From Thermoplasmata archaeon (GTDB lineage Archaea; Thermoplasmatota; Thermoplasmata; GCA-020350865), in the NCBI GenBank assembly GCA_020348445.1, contig CP070751.1, positions 4,844,506 to 4,908,505 on the forward strand: a stretch of DNA of 64,000 nucleotides, written 5' to 3'. Numbering within the stretch: the first letter of the stretch is position 1; each line of letters starts with the position of its first letter. The notes under the pieces are model-generated. The model had not been told where the DNA came from and searched no databases. It saw only the letters and a program-made list of their open reading frames with translations. The position numbers and the translations under genes were made by a program. Of this stretch, positions 10,369 to 22,300 are shown in pieces.

Positions 10369-10896
10369 TTAACCTTCACCCTTGTTTTTGAGCCCTTCCC
10401 ATGGCTTTCGACGTGGTATCCACCTTGGGACATTCTTCATATACTGAACATAATCTTCTCCAAATCTTTTAATGAGATCAGGTTCTTCATACTTAGTAAA
10501 TAGCAGATGGTGGCCAATCAAGAGAAAGAGAAAATATGGAACAAGAGAAAGCGATCCAAAAATCATGATTTCCCCGAAAACGGTGATCAATATACCAAAT
10601 ATCATAGGGTTTCTCATATAACGGTAAATGCCGCGGACCACAAGTTTCTTTGGAGGGGCCCAGTGGGCAACTGTACCTTCTCCAATTTTTGAAAATAATA
10701 TGGTGGTTTTTATTACAAGGAATGTACCCACAACAATAAGCACCAAACCCAAAACAATCAGGAGAACATTCATGGGAAATACCCATAACCAGCTGGGATG
10801 AAGTCCTCTAAATAATATAAGAAATATTATTGGGACAGTAAAAATGGCGCTTAAGGGCATTAAGATAAACATTGTAATGTCATGCCATTTTCCCAT
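10369..10896 (-). CDS. Isoprenylcysteine carboxyl methyltransferase / PEMT-like membrane methyltransferase
   Basis: LVVRGIYRYMRNPMIFG and EEPDLIKRFGEDYVQYMKNVPRWIPR motifs. Start moved from 11079 to ATG 10896, which follows a GAGGTG RBS. Confidence 0.85.
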   Translation of the reverse strand: MGKWHDITMFILMPLSAIFTVPIIFLILFRGLHPSWLWVFPMNVLLIVLGLVLIVVGTFLVIKTTILFSKIGEGTVAHWAPPKKLVVRGIYRYMRNPMIFGILITVFGEIMIFGSLSLVPYFLFLLIGHHLLFTKYEEPDLIKRFGEDYVQYMKNVPRWIPRRKPWEGLKNKGEG

Positions 10897-11147
10897 GGAA
10901 GACACCTCATTGTTCAAGGGAGTAGATGGTGCAATTAAAGGGATTTTATTTATATATTTTTGCATGGCTGTTAAAACGTATGTAGATAATATATATAGTC
11001 TATTGAAATATGGTGAATCAGAATCATACCATTTTAGCAAGAAATATTTTATATTAAAGGACAATATCCCCAAGCCCAAGGTTGACTATCATCTGATATT
11101 ATAATCCTCTGGAGGATGCACAGATTACAAATAAAAGCTCGATACCA

Positions 11148-12389
11148 TTGAAAAAAGCATCATCTAAACTCAAGAGCGATTTGGAAAAACTCGATCCAAA
11201 TTTTGCTCGCATGATATTTCCATGGATTATTCGTAACCCGAGATATATCAGGGCCGCAATTAGACTCATGCGGTCTGTTAAAAAAGCTAAAAAAAAGCGT
11301 GTGGAAGCCCAGGAGAATGGATTGCTTGTACCACCCTTTTTAATTATTAGCATTACCTCAAAATGCAATCTATTTTGCACTGGATGTTATGCAGCAGCCA
11401 CCGGGACCATTAATGATAGAAATTCAGAGATAAACTCAAAAATAATCAATCCCCTTAAAACGGAGCAGTGGCGAAAAATTATTGGTGAGGCCAGGGAGCT
11501 AGGAGTGATAGGATTTGTGGTTGCTGGTGGTGAGCCTTTTTTGTATCCAGGACTTTTAGATCTTTGCGAAGAGTTCAAAGATAGACTGTTTCTGATATTG
11601 ACCAATGGAACTGCATTTACAAAGGCAGATTATAAACGTCTAAAACGATTGACAAATCTCGCCATCATTGTGAGCGTTGAAGGCGGACCAGAGCTCACAA
11701 ATTCACGAAGAGGTGAAGGTGTTTACGAGAAGGCAATGGACACACTTGCTCAACTCAATAAGATGGGTATGCTTACCGGCATATCAGCAACTATCACCAG
11801 AATTAACTACAGGTACTGGATGGATTCCAAGCTAATAGATGATCTCATTTCGAAAGGAGTTCGATTCGGTGTTTTTATCGAATACATTCCCCTTACACCT
11901 GGAATAGGGCCTGATTCAGGGATTCCCTCTCTTCCAGTTGGAAAAATCAAGGACAAATCTAAGACAGAGATGGATAGCATCAAATGGGATACCAAAAATG
12001 ATCATGCACTCATGCTAACACCAGAGGAACGAGCTGAGTTCAGAGCGCAAATGCTTACTTATCGCGAAACAAAACCAATTTATATTGTTCATTCTCCTGG
12101 GGATGAGGAGTACTTTGGGGGATGTATATCTGCGGGAAGAGGGTTTGCGCATATAACACCTACAGGTGATCTGACACCCTGTCCTGTCTCCAATATAGCA
12201 ACCCACAATCTTACAACTACCACATTACGCGAGGGTCTTGAAAGCCCCCTGTTTAAGGAGGTTCGTAAAAATGAGCATTTACTTGAGACAGAGGGAATGC
12301 CCTGTGCGCTGTTTGCGCATCCGAAAGAAGTGGATGATCTTGTCAAATCTGTTGGTGCATACAGGACAAATTCGAAAGTGGAAATATGA
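11148..12389 (+). CDS. Radical SAM protein with C-terminal SPASM/twitch-like region
   Basis: CNLFCTGC (CxxxCxxC), AGGEP, and GCISAGRGFAHITPTGDLTPCP followed by a later Cys (PCALF). Confidence 0.9.
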   Translation: MKKASSKLKSDLEKLDPNFARMIFPWIIRNPRYIRAAIRLMRSVKKAKKKRVEAQENGLLVPPFLIISITSKCNLFCTGCYAAATGTINDRNSEINSKIINPLKTEQWRKIIGEARELGVIGFVVAGGEPFLYPGLLDLCEEFKDRLFLILTNGTAFTKADYKRLKRLTNLAIIVSVEGGPELTNSRRGEGVYEKAMDTLAQLNKMGMLTGISATITRINYRYWMDSKLIDDLISKGVRFGVFIEYIPLTPGIGPDSGIPSLPVGKIKDKSKTEMDSIKWDTKNDHALMLTPEERAEFRAQMLTYRETKPIYIVHSPGDEEYFGGCISAGRGFAHITPTGDLTPCPVSNIATHNLTTTTLREGLESPLFKEVRKNEHLLETEGMPCALFAHPKEVDDLVKSVGAYRTNSKVEI

Positions 12390-12527
12390 GAGGGAGATTA
12401 CCAGGAAGATGTATATCAGCATTTTTTGATTCTTCAGAAGGATTTAAGTATTTTGAAATATGTTGCTTACTAATGCAGTGATGAAAAAGATGTTCTCAGA
12501 CTAGGATTATCATAAAAGGTGAAGAAA

Positions 12528-13379
12528 ATGAAAGATAAAGAAATAAAGAAGGTAGTGAGAAAAAATTATGCAGATATTGCAAAACAAGATAAATCCTGTT
12601 GCGGACCTCAGGTGCCTGTATTACCAACAAAGGCAAGCTCCTGCTGTGGAGCCCCACCTACAGCATCTGACATGAGCAAGAAAATGGGATACTCTGAAGA
12701 AGAGCTTTCAAAGCTTCCTGAAGGTGCAAACCTGGGCCTTGGCTGCGGAAACCCCGTTGCCCTGGCCTATTTAAAAGAGGGTGACACATATGTTGACCTT
12801 GGTTCGGGTGCAGGAATAGACTGCTTTTTGGCAGCAGATAAAGTTGGAAAATCTGGAAAGGTCATTGGGGTAGACATGACGCCTGAGATGATCGACCGAG
12901 CAAGGGAGAATGCAAAAAAGGCTGGTCTTGAAAACGTGGAGTTTCGATTAGGGGAAATCGAGCATTTGCCAGTTGCCGATAACTCAGTGGATGTGATCAC
13001 ATCTAACTGTGTAATTAACCTATCCCCAGATAAGATAGCAGTGTTCAAAGACGCATTTAGAGTTATAAAACCCGGGGGCAGGCTCATGATATCTGATATC
13101 GTTCTTTTAAAGGAGCTCCCCGAGGCTGTACTTCAGTCTGTTGAAGCATACGTCGGCTGTGTTTCTGGTGCAATGCTTAAGGAGGAATATCTGAAAATCG
13201 TCGAGGAAGTGGGATTTGAAAATGTTGAGGTTGTGAACGAGAGTTCAGCAGGTGATATCTGGGTAAATGATCCATTAGCTCTTTCCATTATCGAGAAGCT
13301 GGGGATTACGATCGAAGAGGCCAAGGAATTGGGAAAGTCCATTGTGAGCATTAAATTCTCGGCAGTGAAACCAATGTAA
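12528..13379 (+). CDS. arsM: Arsenite S-adenosylmethionine methyltransferase
   Basis: N-terminal SCCG pairs, NLGLGCGNP, VDLGSGAGIDCF, SNCVINL, GCVSGA. ATG 12528 follows an AGGTGA RBS. Confidence 0.88.
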   Translation: MKDKEIKKVVRKNYADIAKQDKSCCGPQVPVLPTKASSCCGAPPTASDMSKKMGYSEEELSKLPEGANLGLGCGNPVALAYLKEGDTYVDLGSGAGIDCFLAADKVGKSGKVIGVDMTPEMIDRARENAKKAGLENVEFRLGEIEHLPVADNSVDVITSNCVINLSPDKIAVFKDAFRVIKPGGRLMISDIVLLKELPEAVLQSVEAYVGCVSGAMLKEEYLKIVEEVGFENVEVVNESSAGDIWVNDPLALSIIEKLGITIEEAKELGKSIVSIKFSAVKPM

Positions 13380-13392
13380 ACCATAATTATGG

Positions 13393-16300
13393 CTATCCTT
13401 TTAAACCCTCCCATTCCCACATCCGCACTTCATGAACGGCCTCTACCAAACCAGTGATTTCTATTTCATCCCGTGCCCACAACCATATATCATCACCAGC
13501 CCACACCGCACCCGAGATCATTATATCGACTCCTCCCCATATCCTCACGTCATAACCAGCCCATACCGTACCTGCGACTTCCACTTTATCCTGTGCCCGC
13601 AAACACACGTCATAACTTGCACTGATATGACCTTGATCACCGGTATGCGTTTCCTCGGTAACATAAATCGAACCGTCCGCTTGTAGTGAGACATATGCAT
13701 TCTTCGCACCCGAACCGGTGCTTATATAGCCTACATTGATGTCTTCGTACTTGGATCTGAGCTTTATATTGTTGCCCATGGAGTTTAAATAAAGTACGTT
13801 GATCGTACCGTCTGCCGTTATTTCCATTTTGCCATTTACGACTAAGAAAAGATCCAGGTCACCTTTTACATTCAAATTCAGATTTGGTTCATTTACTTTA
13901 ATCAGGTCTCCTAAATCGTACTCAAGATTCAGGTTGCGATTGCGCTTACTGCCGATTTGACCACCAGCGAAAAGGATGCCCATATAACCGATGAGGTCAT
14001 CGTCCTTATCATACATATCTACCTCGCGGATATCACCCTCGGTAGCACATAGGCTAATTTGACCGTTAGTGCGGCCAACTGCGATATAGTCCACAAGAAT
14101 ATCTCCCTGAGTTGTCACCAAGCTGACATTACCTCCCGGTGAATCTATCTGTGACTCCACATAAAGGGCTGTGATGGTATTATCTGCAAGCAATCTGAAG
14201 GCACCGTTTGCAACGACCACTTCCTCCAGAACGAGCGCATCATTCTCTTCGATCCACAGGTCTCCCGGTCCAAACACCAGAGCGTTTAGGGTTGTCACTT
14301 CTGTTATGAGATAGACGTCAGCTCCTGCGTTTATATTCAGAACAGCAGCAAGAATCGGGATTTCATTAGTAGTATATATTCTGCCCTGCGCCGTCAAGGT
14401 AACGACGCCTACTGTTTGATCTGCAGAAAGTGAACCTGAATCGATTATTGTTATAGACTCCCCAGATGTCAAATCGAGAGCATACTGGGTTGTGACAGCT
14501 CCCTGCACCAGAATATCACCACCAGCAGTCACAGAAATTGACCCATCCACGGTCTCCAGGTCCTTAAGCAGGATATCATCGGCCTCAATCACCACTATGT
14601 CTAATCCGGCACTTGCTTCCAAAGTGTCCACCGCAGTATCCAGCACCATGGAGCCACCTGCAACGGCCACCAGATCTATGGCGATCACCTGGCCAACTGT
14701 GATGTTTCCATCTGCAAGCAGCTCCACAGTTTGTGCTACAATATTACCAGGCAGGTCTGTGATATCGCCATCAGCGGACAGCATTACCACCTGAGCCTCG
14801 ATCTGGCCAGCTTCGATATCACCAAGCGCATCAAGTGTTACATCACCTGACAGCGCCAACACCTCCACCGCTGAAATCGTACCACCTGCTGTCACCGAAA
14901 TCGATCCAGCTAGGCTCTCCAACTGTAACAGGGTGATGTCATCACTCTCAGTAACCACGATATCAAACCCAGCTGTCCCCATCAATGTTGCGACTGCTGT
15001 ATCTAGTATCATCGAGCCACCTGCAACTGCCACCAAGTCAATAGCCAGCACCTGGCTGATCGTTATGTTACCACCCGCAACCAGCTCCACAGACTGTGCT
15101 TCGATATTACCCACCAGGTCAGTGATATCGCCACCAGCAGTTAACATCACCATCTGGGCCTCAATCTGACCGGCTTGGATATCGCCAACCGCATCAAGCA
15201 TTACCTCACCAGATAGCGCCTGTACGTCCAACGCGGTAATCGTTCCCCCAGCAGTCACATATATTGATCCAGCTAAGCTAACCAACTGTGTCAAGATGAT
15301 GTCATCAGTCTCAGTAACCACTATATCACCAACAGCTATAGCCTCAAGGTTCACTACCTTAGTATCTAGTATCATATAGCCACCTGCATCGGCCACAAGA
15401 TCTATGGCCACTACCAGGCCAACTGTGATGTTACCATCTGCATCCAGTAATACCGTCTGTGCTTCAATATTACCCAGCAGGTCCGTGATATCGCCATCTG
15501 TATACAGCATCACCATCTGCGCCTCGATCTGACCGGCTTGGATCCCTCCAATGGCATCAAGTGTTACCTCACCAGACAGCGCTTGCACCTCCACCGCTGA
15601 AATCGTACCTCCTGCTGTCACCGAAATCGATTCAGCTAGGCTAACCAATTGCGTCAATATGATGTCATCAGTCTCTGTAACCACGATCTCGAGCCCGGCT
15701 GTTGCAATCATGGTTTCAACTGCCGTATCTAGCATCATGGAACCGCCTGCATCGGCAATCAAATCAATGGCCACCACCTGGCTAAGCGTGATGTTACCAT
15801 TCGCAACAAGCTCTACCGTCAGGGCTTCAATATTACCCGCTAGGTCCATGATATCGCCATCTGTATACAGCATCACCATTTGTGCCTCGATCTGGCCCGC
15901 TTCGATATCGCCAAGGGCATCAAGCGTTACGACACCTGAGAGCGCCATTACATCCAGCGCAGTAATCGTTCCTCCGGCTGTCACCGAGATCGATCCAGCA
16001 AGGCTAACTAACTGTGTCAGTGTGATATCATCGGTTTCCGTAACCACAATATCACCAACAGCTGTTGCCTCAAGGTTTACTACCGCTGTGTCCAGCAATA
16101 TAGAACCGCCCGCATCGGCCACCAGATCCATGGCCACCACCTGGCCAACCGCGATGTTACCACCTGCATCAAGCACTACCATCTGTGCTTCAATATTGCC
16201 TGCCAGGTCCGTGATATCGCTTCCCGTATACAGCATCACTATCTGTGCCCCGATCTGACCTGCTTCGATATCGCCAATTGCATCAAGCAATACAAAACCA

Positions 16301-19300
16301 GACAGCACAAGCACCTCCAATGCTGAAATCGTTCCCCCGGCTGTCACTGTCACCATACCAAAAGTCAACTCTACATACTCCAATACCAGATCATCGCTTT
16401 CCTGCACATTTAGTGAACCGATTGCGCTAATCGTGACACTCAAAGTCTCTAAGGCAGTAACCAGATTTACAGAATTTGGAGCCTGAACATCAACTCTTCC
16501 CCCGATAACTGTTAGGTCCACCGTACTCTGGGAGGTTATTGTATTATCACCTTGCCCTACATCAACAACTCCTGTAACGTAGTTACCTGGTCCCAAAAGG
16601 AAAGCATCGGCAGCTGGGCCTCCAACCAGATTCTCTATTGAACTGAAGTAAAGCCAATTGTTCAAGATGCCCTCATCGGTCCCAGTGAGCTGCCAGGTGT
16701 TGGGCTGGTTGAGACCTTCCAAAGTATCAGAATTGGATCCGCCAATCAGGTTCTCTGCATGGTTTTCCCCATGATATACACGATTACTTCCTTCGGTAAT
16801 TGTAAGACTTCCAACGCTTGCATAAATGCTGCTTGTTACTCCTGAGAAGTCCAGAGTATCATTACCTTCTCCAGCTAGCTCGACAACTGTATCATCTCCC
16901 CAGTTATCTGTGAAAATGTAGATATCATTATTTGCGCCACCATACAATTGATCATTACCAGATTCGCCGATCAGTGTGTCTTCTCCATCACCACCCCTCA
17001 ACATATCATTGCCCAATCCTCCTGTCAGAGTGTCGTTTCCATTGTCACCATACAACTCATCATTACCAGATTCACCGCTCAGCATATCGATCCCATCACC
17101 ACCCCTTAACACATCATCCCCTGAGCCTCCGGTCAGTGTGTCGTTTCCATTGTCACCCATCAACTCATCATTACCAGATTCGCCAATCAGCGTGTCGGTT
17201 CCATCACCACCTCTCAACACATCATCGTCAGGCCCGCCGATCAACGTATCGTTTCCATTGTCACCCATCAACTCATCATTTCCAGATTCGCCAATCAGCG
17301 TGTCGTCTCCATCACCACCCCTCAACACATCATCGTCTGGCCCGCCGATCAATGTATCGTTTCCATTGTCACCCATCAACTCATCATTACCAGATTCGCC
17401 AATCAGCGTGTCGGTTCCATCACCACCCCTCAACACATCATCGTCAGGCCCACCAATCAACGTATCGTTTCCATTGTCACCCATCAACTCATCAATACCA
17501 GATTCGCCGGTCAGCATGTCGGTTCCATCACCACCCCTCAACACATCATCGTCAGGCCCACCAATCAACGTATCGTTTCCATTGTCCCCATACAAATCAT
17601 CGTTACCAGATTCACCGCTCAGCATATCGATCCCATCACCACCCCTTAACACATCATCCCCTGATCCTCCATTCAGTGTGTCGTTTCCATTGTCGCCATA
17701 CAATTCATCATGACCAGATTCACCGGTCAGACTATCGGTTCCATCACCACCCCTCAACACATCATTCCCGGACCCTCCATTCAGTGTGTCGTTTCCATTG
17801 TCACCATACATTTCATCATCACCAGATTCGCCAGTCAGAGTGTCATTCCCGCCGTTACCGATCAATACATCATCGTCAGGCCCCCCAATTAGCGTATCGT
17901 TTCCATTGCCACCCTCCAATTCGTCATGGCCAAATCCGCCATTCAGGTAATCACTGCCCGCTCCTCCATAAAGAACATCATCACCATCACCACCGTAGAG
18001 TGTTGCCACACCTAAACAGCCGCTTGCATCCAATTCATCATCTCCGCTGCCGCCATTAAGGGAAACATTGGAGAGTACCCCGCTGTCTATAAGGATATAA
18101 TCCTCGCCAGATCCGGCATCATAGGCTACAATCCGACTGACATTAGTGTATACCTGTACATAACCTAAGGCAGAGACTTGAATATCCTCATCTCCTGCTG
18201 AACCGCCGACGTGAGAGATAATATAGGACTCGTTGATAGTGCCATCATTACCTCGGGCACCTGCATCAATACCCATGTTCAACCGCAGCGTGCGATCGGG
18301 CCAAAGGCGCGTGGCCAGATTAGGTGGTGGGGGAGGGGGATCACCCACTGATTGAAGGTTGTACAGCACAACATTGATGTGGGCTGTTTTTGTCCTCCAG
18401 GGTTTCCAAAATGTAGGAGCCCAGTACGTGAATGACATATTCAGTTTGCATTGCGTACTTGTCAGGTAGGCATCACCTGAAAGCCCGAAAAGTTTGACGT
18501 TGGCCACATAGGCTCCGCCGTCGAAATGACCCTCAAAGCCCGAATGTGATAGCCTGATATCTAGGGAGCCCTTGGCTCCAATGACCTTGGGATTCAGCAG
18601 CGTAACGTTCATCTTAAACGATATGTCGAATCGACCATTGGACTGGAGGTAACCCGACATCTTGAACTCGAATATACCCAATATTTTGAATGTCAAGGGA
18701 TCCCACGTTGGTACATCGATTCTGAAAATATTGTTAGTGTACTTAATAGACACACTGCCAGAGAGGCTGAAACCCAGGATATTGATCTTGACATTTGCCA
18801 CCGATATCTTGAACGTACTCGGTGGTACGCCGTAATGATATGTCCATATTGCTGTATTGATCTGGAGTTCGAACTTCCCTGCGATATGGAAACCGCTGGC
18901 ATGAATGCCTATATCTTCACTGTTGCCGAGTTTGAGCTTGAATTTCAGAGCCAGGCAGGGATCTGATCCGCCGAAGATACCAGCGCCCCCTTCGACTTTC
19001 AGTGTCGTACCGAACACCGTAGCCGTGGCCTCTAGGTTCATATCAAAGCCCGATGAGGCACTGAGCAAAATCTCGAACTTGCCCTTGATCTCGAACCCGT
19101 TAAAGATTTTCAGTTGTCCTCCCATGAACAGGCGGAAGGAGTTTGGGGGAAGGAGAACAGTCTCCCTTGTTGAATATTGTACATTACCGGTATTGAGATT
19201 TACCTGGTATCTCTCGATATCTGCATCGTCATTGGTGGTATTCACCTCCAGTTGGAACAGACCGATTAACGTAAACCCGTTTGCTGACAACTCCTGATCT

Positions 19301-22300
19301 GTGCTTGCGCCCACCTGCAAGGCCGCAACGATGCCGTCGGTGGTTCCCAAGAACGTTGCATCCACTGTCACGGTCCCCAGGGGGTTCAAGGTCATTAGGC
19401 CGTCGACGTGGATAAAAACGTGACCTTGAGGTAAGTCCACTACTCCATCCCCTGTGTTTCCTCCACCGGAACTGTCATTGGTAGTGAGGCTTACAGTAAA
19501 TGGAATGGAGCCGTTGGAATTCACTGCATCCTTGATATTGTTTGCAGTGGAAAAGCCGTCTTCGATGGCGATCTCAATTACTGTAATACCTTCACTATCT
19601 ACGTAATAATCTGTCTCAACAGTCCCAGGTCCACCACGATCCTTGAACCTTATCTCCACGTCATTATAATCAGCGCCTTTGTTTTTGGCTTCGAAGATCA
19701 GATCGTTGTCATCGCCGTCTATTGTGAGGGTCACAGAGGCTTCTGTATCGGGATCACCTCCCCCTGTGGTTGCATCTGAAATCGCAAGATAGACCTCGGT
19801 ACTGATGTTACCCACTATTGCTAATATGGTGTCGCCGCTTGAGTCCACCAACTTGAAGATACCGCTGGCATCGAATTTGAAGTAAGGACCTGCAGGTAGT
19901 GTCACGATGTTGATACCCTCTCCAAGGGTGACATCATGGTCTGACGTGTTGACTTCCAGGGTTGCGGTGAGGGTAAGTTCCAAACCGGGTATAGAGAGGG
20001 GCTCATCCCCAGTACCCAGTGAGGCGTAAACAGCTAATCCGTCTGTGCTAATCAGAAAAGCTGCGTCGCCGAAATTCTTGGTCGTGGCCTCGATAGTAAC
20101 TCCGACGCCCAAGGCACCGCCCTTCATCACCAGATCACCGTTTGGCTCCTCCCTTATCTCCAGGTAGAGGATATTAATTGAGAGTGATTTCCCCATAGCC
20201 GAGATGGAAGCAGGATTAGGGCTTGTGCCAGTTAGAGCAAATCGGAAATAGGGTCCCGCATCCAGGCTGATTGTTTGACCGCCGATCTCCTCAAAGACTT
20301 CCTCGTTCGTCGTGTTAATCTCCAATGTTATCTTCCCATCAATACCGATGTCGAGTTCATCCTCATCCAGGAGCGTATCCGTGGATGCTGCATCGAACTC
20401 TAACTCTAACTTGCCCACAAGACGCTCCTCATCAATAAGCAGTGCACCCACTGTGGTGAACACGAACAGGGGTTTAAGGCTCGGGTCCAGGCTCACAACT
20501 AGGCTGGTGTCGAATCCTATCTCCAGAAATGCCTCATCAGCTATCTCCAGAGCGGCTAGTCTGGCTATGAAATCAAAGGTCCCGTTAAATTCAACACCAA
20601 TGAACGAAAGCTCGCCTTCGGCATGTATCTTCAACTCTCCTTGGTAGAGCGGAATAGGGGTATCCACACCCTCCACATCCCAAATGACCTCTTGTTCCTC
20701 ACCTGTGGTGTTGATTAGAAGTATGAACTGACCAGAAAGCTCGAAGTCGAAGAGGCCAGCAACCTCATTATTCAGTATGATTACACCGTCTTCGCGGCCG
20801 TCGTTGAGCCATTCCGCCCCTACTGTCCATTCAGGAAGAGCATTCACGGCATTGATTACCTTGCTTCGTACTGTAACACCATCTTCAATCTTGATAACGA
20901 TCTCGTTGTTAGAATAGGCTCCGGTGGCGCTCCCGTCTATGATGGAGCCATCATCGATAATCCTGACCTCGACATTGTTGTATGGTGTTCCTGAAACTCC
21001 ACCAGAAGTCGGTTCGGCGCTCAACGAGTCCATGTCGATTACGCTAGCTCTGTTTGTGGCAGAAGCCCAGAACGTTCCCTCGGCTGTTATGGCGTCCGCA
21101 ACCTGGGCTGCGATTGTCACACCGTCCTCCACAATGATTGTCAGGACCTTGTGGAACATGGAAGAGTCGTCATAGACCACTATCTCTTCTCCGGCAATGC
21201 CACCGTCGATGAACTCGATGATCACATCGTTGAGGTCTACGCCTGGCTCCATGGCTTCCAGATAAATTTCAAAGTCATTGAAGGAGGAAGTCACTGTTGT
21301 TGTGGCTTTTACCATAACACTATCGATACGGAAATCGTTGTCCAATCCAGGGGATATGACCTCAACACGTGCCGGAGACATTGCACTGCCACCTGCAGTC
21401 CGTCCTTCGAGGCCAGACATCCATTTTAGTAGAATGCCGCCATAGAGCCCCTCGTCGCTTAACGAGAACTCACCGTCGGCTGTAAATCTCAGGCCAAAGA
21501 GCATAGCTGTACCTTCCAGTTCAAAGGAAAGCCCCTCATCCTTGTCTTTTATGAGCTCGACATAGAAATCTGACAGTGTAAGGAGGTTGGAATCTGAGCT
21601 GAGGCCAGGAATGGACAGGTTGGGTATGGAGGCACGGGCGATGAAGTTCGGGATAAGGATGGTGGTTAGGTCTGTTGATTCCAGGGGATTGAAGAGCTCA
21701 ATTTCGAACTCGAACCATGCATCCTCGATAAGGCCTTTGATATCCAGGGCTCCCTGGAGTATGAATCCACCGTTCCGCTTAACCCCGATGTCCTCTGGTT
21801 CTCCGAAACCAGGTGTGTAGGCTCCAAAGAAGATTTCATATGATGACAATTCCTCGGCTACAGTGACAACTTCCTCAGGTAAGTCGAAATTTTCAGTCAA
21901 CCAAACAAGGAAATTTTTAGAGGTGAGAAATGCCTCGAAACCTGCAATTGGATATGTTATATCAAAATCGTCCAGCGCAGGATCAAGGAGGAAATCAAAG
22001 AATTCTGCAAGGTCCTCATCCAGGTCGATACCAAGCAGGTCCACAACTGCCTCGGCTATGGGCGAGGTCACAAGGTCATAGAGCAGCTGATTGCGGCTTG
22101 CTGTCTTCCATCCTGTTTCAAGACTTGCTACGAGTCCTGCAAGCCACGGTATTTCAGCCTCGGCGCGGATTCCGTTAATGGTGCCTTCTATGAAAGTCTC
22201 ACCCAGGTCGATGCCTAATAATCTCAGTTCGCTGTAACCCTCGATGTAGCCCGCATTCAGTATCTCTATTAACTCATTCTGTTTTTCTTCCAGTAAGTTG

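Noticed and set aside
11005-11036. Imperfect inverted repeat (ATGGT-GAATC...ATACCAT) between divergent genes
   Set aside because: Too degenerate in AT-rich DNA to support an operator call.
10897-11079. N-terminal extension of the ICMT-like ORF given in the track
   Set aside because: AT-rich divergent intergenic sequence; a better start with an RBS exists at 10896.
13393-13700. Diversity-generating retroelement variable region at the giant protein C-terminus
   Set aside because: No template/variable repeat pair differing at adenines and no reverse transcriptase in the window.
16932-18059. Plus-strand His/Arg-rich (375 aa) and Ser/Pro-rich (245 aa) ORFs
   Set aside because: They are antisense shadows of the 108-bp RTX repeat, with no independent start signals.
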